From positions 1-53,865 of IMG/VR virus record IMGVR_UViG_3300033513_000009: a stretch of DNA of 53,865 nucleotides, one strand, 5' to 3'. The translations under genes and the position numbers were made by a program. Below the pieces are notes generated by a model. That model was not told the origin of the DNA and searched no databases. It worked only from the letters and a program-made list of their open reading frames with translations. This stretch comes from a virus (taxonomy: Duplodnaviria > Caudoviricetes). Shown in pieces: positions 47,481 through 53,865 of the stretch; positions within the stretch are counted from its first letter, which is position 1; each line of letters begins with the position of its first letter.

Positions 47481-47921
47481 TTATGCCTCATAATCACCAT
47501 CATATCTATGACCTTGTTGATTAGCAGTATCCTTTAATTGACTATGGAGAGGAGTACCGTGATAAGCATCAATAAATTTATCAACATTCCTGCTTAATGT
47601 ATGCTTGAATTGATTTCCATCCCTACCTTCCTTGTATTTAATAACCATATCCTTAATAGCCTCATGTGGAGTCGCGTCCCCCATTTTAACTTCATTAGCT
47701 GTTTTTTCGGCATAGGTATGACCAGCCTCCGTTTCCAATGAAGCATTGTATGTAGTTGGTCTTAGGTCTTCATTCTTAAGTCTATTAGATACCGTTGCTC
47801 TCTTCTCCCCAAAATGCGCACTAAGTGAATGAGCTATTTGCCTATATTGATTCCCGTGAAACTCATGACCTTCTTTGTCACCTTTTGCTAGTTCTAATTT
47901 ATCTATTATTTTATTTATCAT
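47481..47921 (-). CDS. Leader-bearing hypothetical (putative capsid cargo)
   Basis: MINKIIDKLELAK-GDKEGHEFHGNQY; own TTGACA(47963-58)-17-TATAAT(47940-35). Confidence 0.75.
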   Translation of the reverse strand: MINKIIDKLELAKGDKEGHEFHGNQYRQIAHSLSAHFGEKRATVSNRLKNEDLRPTTYNASLETEAGHTYAEKTANEVKMGDATPHEAIKDMVIKYKEGRDGNQFKHTLSRNVDKFIDAYHGTPLHSQLKDTANQQGHRYDGDYEA

Positions 47922-47966
47922 TTTACTATCCTTTATTATACCATATTTATCTTGATTTGTCAAAAA

Positions 47967-48440
47967 CTATTTGCCCTGTTCGATTTGTTCTGTTACCCTT
48001 TCTAACACTTCTAATTCGGCATCACTCAAATTAGCAAGTATTTCCTGAGCTTCTTCCTTACTAACACCTATATGGAGATTAACACCTCTTTGCTCGACTT
48101 CAATCTTCTCCGCATATCCACGTTTTTTACCTAGTGTTTTTGCCGCGAATATGATGGCAGTTGTATCCCCTGCTTGTATTTTTTTGAATAAGGCGCTCTC
48201 TACGAAGTCTAGTTTAATTTCAGATATATTCTCGACAGCCTCTCTATAGCTCTCATCTTCTTTGAGCCAGTTATAGTGTGTTTGACGAGTAATCCCGACT
48301 TTTTCTGTAGCTGTTTGAACTATCCCCAACGTACTTTTAAGTGCGGCTACCATAGCCTTCTTCTGCGGGTGTTTAGTATATAGAGCTACAGGATGTCGCC
48401 CTATTTTTGAAAGATTTTTTCCCATATTCTCACCAACCAA
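47967..48440 (-). CDS. terS: Probable terminase small subunit (HTH)
   Basis: VGITRQTHYNWLKED HTH; ESALFKKI..GDTTAIIF..KT.GKKRGY typical of phage TerS-like proteins. Confidence 0.7.
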   Translation of the reverse strand: MVGENMGKNLSKIGRHPVALYTKHPQKKAMVAALKSTLGIVQTATEKVGITRQTHYNWLKEDESYREAVENISEIKLDFVESALFKKIQAGDTTAIIFAAKTLGKKRGYAEKIEVEQRGVNLHIGVSKEEAQEILANLSDAELEVLERVTEQIEQGK

Positions 48441-48679
48441 TTTTTCTTATTTAATTCTTTGATAGCTTCCCTATACATATCAAATTCACCTTTATAGTAA
48501 GAGGATTCTTGAGGACGGGTATAAGCTTTCATGCGTTCCCTTGCCTCAACAGCCCTTGTTTGTAGTTCCGACTGAGTGGCACCATCCTGCATTATTCTGA
48601 TAGCCGCTATACGCCCCTTACTATAGGTATCCATTCTTTTACTAGCTTTTCTTAGTTCTCTTTTTAGATAGGATTTCAT
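48401..48679 (-). CDS. Hypothetical protein
   Basis: GGAGGT RBS; in frame with the upstream ORF across a TAG. Confidence 0.55.
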   Translation of the reverse strand: MKSYLKRELRKASKRMDTYSKGRIAAIRIMQDGATQSELQTRAVEARERMKAYTRPQESSYYKGEFDMYREAIKELNKKNWLVRIWEKIFQK

Positions 48680-48703
48680 TCGTCCATCACCTCCCCCGCT
48701 TTC

Positions 48704-49222
48704 CTATAGGTGTGCATCATGGTTCGATAATACTCCCTTTGTAGCTAGATTGCCAATATGTTCTATGGAAGCTTCTTTATCTATGAAATAATTTGATTTA
48801 TGTGTTCCCCATTTCATTCCACCCCTTCTCATTCCCCAGTGCATTCCCTCGACACCATATTTGCGTATATTTGATGCTATTTTGTCTAATTTATCCATTT
48901 GTGTGTAATCCATATTCTCAATATTATCTATGTGTTCATTTAGGGTATCAATATAAGACCTAGCAAAATCATCATCGCCTACGTCTTTTGTTGCTTCGGC
49001 TAGTTTATCTTGTAGTTCTTGGTGATTAGTGGAATCATGGGCGTGCATTAGTACTGTCTCATGGGCTTCCGCCTCCCCCAAAGCCTTTTGTTTGTCGGCA
49101 CCCTCTGAATTATCCGCTAGTTCACGGGCTTTGTATTGTAGTTCCGAAACTTTTCCCTGCCCGTCGGTATTTTTGTAATTGGTGATACCCCATCGCATCC
49201 CCTTCACCCCATACTTTCTCAT
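48704..49222 (-). CDS. Leader-repeat hypothetical
   Basis: MRK-YGVKGMRWG and internal KLDKIASNIRK-YGVEGMHWG. Confidence 0.7.
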   Translation of the reverse strand: MRKYGVKGMRWGITNYKNTDGQGKVSELQYKARELADNSEGADKQKALGEAEAHETVLMHAHDSTNHQELQDKLAEATKDVGDDDFARSYIDTLNEHIDNIENMDYTQMDKLDKIASNIRKYGVEGMHWGMRRGGMKWGTHKSNYFIDKEASIEHIGNLATKGVLSNHDAHL

Positions 49223-49488
49223 CTTGACCTCAAATTTTGTATTATACGTTCCAGCTTTTTATCAAATGATTGATTCATATCTTCACTATGCTTTAGGATT
49301 GTTTTCTTAAAATCCTCGTCACCATCGAGTACATCATAGAGACTGTTTTGAAGTTCCTCGTGGCTGTTGGCTTCTTTGGCAAACATGAGGACTGTTTTGT
49401 GTGCCTCTGCTTCACTTGGATTATGGGATTTTCGAATAAGCTCAACTAATTGAACCCTTCCTTCCTTACAGAGATAGTTTTTTATCAT
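49219..49488 (-). CDS. Paralog of the 48704-49222 core with C-terminal leader helix
   Basis: EAEAHKTVLM..SHEELQ vs EAEAHETVLM..NHQELQ; ends KLERIIQNLRSR. Confidence 0.65.
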   Translation of the reverse strand: MIKNYLCKEGRVQLVELIRKSHNPSEAEAHKTVLMFAKEANSHEELQNSLYDVLDGDEDFKKTILKHSEDMNQSFDKKLERIIQNLRSR

Positions 49489-49627
49489 AATTTTCGTTCC
49501 TTTAGTTTTTCAACCGATTCTTTTAGTTCGGAGACATAGTTGTTTAGTTTTTTAATTTCGTCAGTAAGAAAAACGAAATCACCCTTATTAGGGGTGTTTT
49601 TCTTAATTATCTTCCTTACCGCTGCCA

Positions 49628-50200
49628 TTACTGTATCTCTGAAAGCCTATCCAATCCTTCTTGGTCAAATAGTCTAGTTATACCTTTGTGCTCTTTTAGA
49701 ACGGCTTTATATTCCCTCATGGCTTCTTTGTTGGGACGACCATAATCATCATATTTGTCGTGGTTATAGTTCTCGGCATAATCCTCGAAAGAACCGGGGT
49801 CAGAAACAGACATAGATATTGAGCTCAAAATGTCATAAGTCGAAGGTTTCTCTCCCTTATTGGTAGCATTTATACTATTTCCCCAGTTAAAAGAATAGGA
49901 ATCTCCATCTTTGTTTTTTAGGGTAACTTTATACACATCTCTAGTGACACCCTTCTTCTTATCACTCGGAAAGTGTGACTTATTGCCCATGTGCAAGACA
50001 TGGAGAGAAGCTCCTGTATCATTCAGGAATCGTTGTGCATGTGTGTGATATTCATTTGAAGGGTCATGTTTTAATTCAACTTTTCCTCCACCATTTCCAG
50101 TGTATTGATTGCCCCTGAATGGATGTCCCTTTCTCTCACCGGAGCCAGCTCCGCCTTTTAGTATTTCGATAACTCTATTTAGTTTTTGTAATTTGTTCAT
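49628..50200 (-). CDS. Leader-bearing hypothetical (putative capsid cargo)
   Basis: KLNRVIEILK-GGAGSGERKGHPFRGNQY; GAGG RBS before ATG 50200. Confidence 0.75.
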   Translation of the reverse strand: MNKLQKLNRVIEILKGGAGSGERKGHPFRGNQYTGNGGGKVELKHDPSNEYHTHAQRFLNDTGASLHVLHMGNKSHFPSDKKKGVTRDVYKVTLKNKDGDSYSFNWGNSINATNKGEKPSTYDILSSISMSVSDPGSFEDYAENYNHDKYDDYGRPNKEAMREYKAVLKEHKGITRLFDQEGLDRLSEIQ

Positions 50201-50298
50201 ATTTTCCTCGTTTTTTATATTATACAATAAAAACTAGACTTGAAAATTTGACAGGCAAAATAAAAAATGTTAAAATGGTTCAAATTCAGAGAAAAAAA

Positions 50299-51338
50299 AT
50301 GTATATCAGCTCAAATAACTGCTTCTTTCATAGTGCGGGGGTAATGCAAACAATTGATACCCTCCCACCCAAAACTTTTGTCGTACAGTTTGACGGGATG
50401 AAAAATGAATATTACCCAGAAGTGGTTGAGAGTTCTTCCTTTTCAACCAAAATCTATGGGGATACTACCAAGATAGCTGAACGTATCCTCAATACTTTCA
50501 GGGGTCGTCCCGCAACAACTGGGGTACTACTCGCTGGAGAAAAAGATACTGGTAAAACAATGCTTGCTAAACTCCTGTCAGTAACAGGCGGAAAGGAGGG
50601 TTATCCAACCATCCTAATTAATGCCCCTCATCAGGGAGACGTTTTTAATAAATTCATTCAAAAAATAACACAACCCGCAATTATTATTTTGATGAATTCG
50701 AAAAGGTGTACGACAAGGAAGGTCAGGAGAGTATACTTACACTACTTGATGGCGTATTCCCTAGCAAGAAGCTAGTTATACTAACTTGTAACAACATTTA
50801 TAGGATAGATAGTCACCTCAAGAACAGACCGGGTCGTATTTATTACATGCTGGAATACAAGGGTCGGGAAGAGGATTTTATCAGGGATTATTGCGAGGAT
50901 AACCTAAAAGCGAAGAATCATATCCCCGCTGTTTGCGGTATCTCAAGGGTTTTCGAAGAATTTAACTTCGATATGTTGAGGGCATTGGTTGAAGAAATGA
51001 ATAGATACAAGGAATCTCCTGACGAAGCCCTGAAAATGCTCAATATTAAAATAGGAGACCCATATTCTGCTAATAGATATGCTACAGAGGTCTTTGTAAA
51101 TGGCAGAAAAAAGCGAGTAGACTACCCTGAGTTTGTTGAGGGCTCCCCATTGTCAATGAGGCAGATAGAGATTTGTTTTGGCAATAAAACTATCTTCCTA
51201 GCTCCAACAGACATATTACTAAAAGAATCAAACAAAGAGACTTTTGTGTATGAAAAAGATGGGACGAAAATTATCTTCAGGAAGCAGGAAAGACAAAATC
51301 TGTTGGGTGATTTTGCACAAGGGTTGTTGACAAGTTAG
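50299..51338 (+). CDS. AAA+ ATPase split by a 1-nt frameshift at Walker B
   Basis: GEKDTGKT; adding one T at 50687-50690 gives IIIFDEFEK; LLDG, TCN, RPGRI; promoter TTGACA(50248)-17-TAAAAT. Confidence 0.8.
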
Positions 51339-51376
51339 GGTTGGCATGATATAATGTAGAAAATTCGGAGAAAAAT

Positions 51377-51778
51377 ATGTCTACAAGGTCAGTAATAATC
51401 AGGAAAACAAGAAGGGGTTATGAGGGTGTTTATTGTCATAGCGACGGCTATCCAGAGTATAATGGGTTCTGTCTTGCTAATTTCTACAAATCAGCAGCAA
51501 GGGTTAAGGAGCTCATTTCACTAGGAGACCTATCTAGTATTAATAAGAGGGTCGAGACCAAGAAACCCCATAGCTTCAATAACCGAGCAAAGGGAGTGGT
51601 AGTTGCCTACCACAGGGATAGGGGCGAGAAAAAGCATATGGTTTCTGGAACTATCAAGGACATCCTGTCGGCATATGGCGGAATAGAGTATGTCTATATT
51701 TTTGAAAAGGGAAAATGGAGTGCTTTCGATGACGACATGCGCCCTGTTGCCATTCCCGAAACTTCGAGGTACTTTTAA
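51377..51778 (+). CDS. Conserved-type phage hypothetical
   Basis: MSTRS..YCHSDGYP..G pattern; promoter TTGACA(51327)-17-TATAAT(51350) and GGAG RBS. Confidence 0.75.
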   Translation: MSTRSVIIRKTRRGYEGVYCHSDGYPEYNGFCLANFYKSAARVKELISLGDLSSINKRVETKKPHSFNNRAKGVVVAYHRDRGEKKHMVSGTIKDILSAYGGIEYVYIFEKGKWSAFDDDMRPVAIPETSRYF

Positions 51779-51999
51779 TGCAGGTAATAGTTTGTGAGTG
51801 CCACACTCCCGAACATCATATTTTGTTTGAGTATGAGGATGGACAGGTTTGTATTCAAGTCCATCTTAATAATCTATCGTTTTGGGAAAGGCTTAAATAT
51901 TTGTTTGGTTTCAAGACTAAATATGGGGAGTACGATACAATTCTCCTAAAGAAAGAAGATGTTGAAAAAATACTAAAAGCATTTGAGGAGAAAGAGTGA
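51778..51999 (+). CDS. Hypothetical protein
   Basis: CECH..EH, FWERLKYLFG; coupled. Confidence 0.65.
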   Translation: MQVIVCECHTPEHHILFEYEDGQVCIQVHLNNLSFWERLKYLFGFKTKYGEYDTILLKKEDVEKILKAFEEKE

Positions 52000-52193
52000 T
52001 TTACCTAAAAATCTATTTAATATCATGGTTACTAACATTTGCATGGGGTCTTGTACTTGTCTATGGGAATCCCGTAATCTTTATTACCTATAGTGAATGG
52101 GCTAAACTACAGGCTTCGGTTATATGGGGATTAGTAGCAGGAACGGTCATTGGGTCGGTAATTTCACTATTGGCATTTATTTGGAAACTATAA
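51996..52193 (+). CDS. Small two-TM membrane protein
   Basis: Two hydrophobic segments; GTGA overlap. Confidence 0.55.
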   Translation: MIYLKIYLISWLLTFAWGLVLVYGNPVIFITYSEWAKLQASVIWGLVAGTVIGSVISLLAFIWKL

Positions 52194-52606
52194 AATCAGC
52201 ATTTACTTCTGCTAAAAGTCGAGATGTTTTCGGGGCGCATAGAACACCTATTGGCAAGGGAGGAATGAAGATAATGTATCTCGTTCATGCACCTCCGATA
52301 TTGAGGGAGGTGTCTCGTATTCAGACAATGATAGGATGGTATATAAGTGATTAAAAAAGCAATATTTCCAAAACTATTAAGTATCAATCGCCCTCCATTG
52401 CCAGTATTTGTAACACCCGCCCCACAATATTGGGCTTGGAGAATTAAGTATGAAATTGATTCAACTAGATAAAATGACGAGAATACGATTCGAGGTAGAC
52501 TTTCCGATACACGAGGCTTCATTCAATCCGCAACTAATGAGACCACCAGAATCAATTCTTCCTGCTTGGTATAGGGATATAAAAAAAATAATACAAGGAA
52601 TAAATA

Positions 52607-52975
52607 ATGAGAAAAGCTGATTTTTTTAAGAATATCGAAAAACAGGATGATTGTCTGATATGGACGGGTGCTACAGCCAATATAGGTAATAAGGAATATC
52701 CTATTTATAAGGGAATATATGCCCACAGGCTAATGTTCCAGCTCTATAGGGGTATAATCAAGGGAACTATTCGTCGTTTATGTGGAGATAGCCTTTGTGT
52801 TAATCCAAAACATTTGGCATATACGGGTGAAGCCCCTTGTACTATGTGCGGAGAGAATGAAAGAGCCATTAATAGGAAAACTGGTAAATTATATGGTGAA
52901 TGCCTTGTGTGTAGGAGAAAACGTGATGCCAAGTATTATAAGAAAAAACGTGCCACCAAAATCAAGGCAAGGTAA
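52607..52975 (+). CDS. HNH-like (zinc-binding loop) endonuclease, possibly degenerate
   Basis: CLIWTGA, AHRL, LCGDSLCVNPKHL, CTMC, CLVC. Confidence 0.7.
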   Translation: MRKADFFKNIEKQDDCLIWTGATANIGNKEYPIYKGIYAHRLMFQLYRGIIKGTIRRLCGDSLCVNPKHLAYTGEAPCTMCGENERAINRKTGKLYGECLVCRRKRDAKYYKKKRATKIKAR

Positions 52976-53115
52976 GATAGATTATCTCGGTAGGGCTCTA
53001 CGCCCCGTCAATAGAAGAAGCAAAAAAACAAGAGGGAGGAGCCTTAAAAAACAGGGTCTCCCTCGTCGTTTTGATGAGGCTTTTATGAATATACGCCTAT
53101 TTTTATGGCGTAATC

Positions 53116-53316
53116 TCAAGTCCTAGTTTGAGCATATCCTGAAGTGACAGTAATGGGATAGTTTGGGAAATCAGTATAAGTTTTAGTGGCGGGATATGTC
53201 CAAGTAGTATTACTGAAAAGATTATTCAGCTCCCTTTGGAGTTGTTTTGCTTCCACATCCGTTAGCTCTATTTCTTTTTTGCCAACAGTGATTTTTATTG
53301 TAGTTTCGATTTTCAT
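53116..53316 (-). CDS. Hypothetical (leaderless transcript)
   Basis: TGATATAAT 6 nt before ATG. Confidence 0.55.
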   Translation of the reverse strand: MKIETTIKITVGKKEIELTDVEAKQLQRELNNLFSNTTWTYPATKTYTDFPNYPITVTSGYAQTRT

Positions 53317-53637
53317 TCTTTAATTATATCATAGGAAAGGGATTCTAAAATATTTGGAACCTCCCTAGCTGGAGACCATCGCATATTTATCAGAAGGGGT
53401 CTCCTGTAGATTGCGTCTCTCAGCTTCTTGATTTTATACTGGTGTAATAGCCTTCGTCCTTCTTTATTCATAACATCCATCCTTAACAAGCTTTTTTGCT
53501 AGATAATATGTAGGAGGGCATAATGCTATTATTTTAAATCCCCCCAAGAATGTACATGCCTTCTCAAGCTTCTTTCGTCCATCTTGCCATTTCTTAAATC
53601 TTCCAAAGTTTCTTCTAATAAATTCTTCTCTATACAT

Positions 53638-53666
53638 TTGACAAATTCCGATAAATATGTTATAAT
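53638..53666 (+). promoter_or_regulatory. Consensus sigma70 promoter
   Basis: TTGACA(53638)-17-TATAAT(53661) with TG extension. Confidence 0.8.
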
Positions 53667-53865
53667 ATTAAAAATTCAAGAGGGAATATGACACCTTTTA
53701 TTCAGTATCTCATAGGGCTGATAATTTTCTGGATAGCATGTATCGTGGTTGTTATTGTGGTCAAAAATTAACCGTCATTTCGACGGTTTTTTATTGCTTC
53801 TTCAACTAGAAAACTATTATTGGGTATATTGGTCTCTAGGACTGACTCAACAAAGAGGTTGTCCA

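Noticed and set aside
48704-48706. TAG stop-codon reassignment suggested by the in-frame TAG
   Set aside because: TAG clearly terminates core genes (MCP at 24611, 2318-3022), long genes are intact in the standard code, and the downstream ORF has its own RBS
1049-49147. TTGTAGTTCC words as a CRISPR array
   Set aside because: Copies are short, dispersed and not regularly spaced; no cas genes seen
1-53865. tRNA, rRNA, integrase or tail sheath genes
   Set aside because: None recognised by eye; a tRNAscan-SE or HMM run would be needed to exclude them formally

Overview
This AT-rich window is part of a tailed dsDNA phage genome (Caudoviricetes, siphovirus-like: tail tube, frameshifting tail chaperone and long tape measure, no sheath). 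The morphogenesis genes run on the minus strand: TerL, portal, prohead protease/scaffold, major capsid, connectors, tail tube, chaperone, tape measure, tail tip and fibres, then lysis. An accessory region (~35-54 kb) holds many independently promoted genes, including Acb1, an Apyc1/RNase Z-like MBL hydrolase, a CCA-adding enzyme, a lytic transglycosylase and a displaced TerS. Two things stand out. (1) About 15 scattered, otherwise unrelated genes share an amphipathic leader ending in hydrophobic-x-K|G/S, usually followed by one of a few Gly/His-rich peptides. The same motif recurs about 20 times in the protease/scaffold and at the capsid N-terminus. This suggests a modular capsid-loading and protease-maturation system for effectors (GNATs, zincins, an ART-like domain, Acb1), with no recognisable MuF. 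(2) TerL carries two inteins whose HNH endonucleases are encoded in alternative reading frames. Other observations are a small protein copying the capsid N-arm, an over-represented 9-12 bp motif, leaderless promoters and three single-base homopolymer frameshifts. All functional calls come from reading motifs by eye; no database searches were run.
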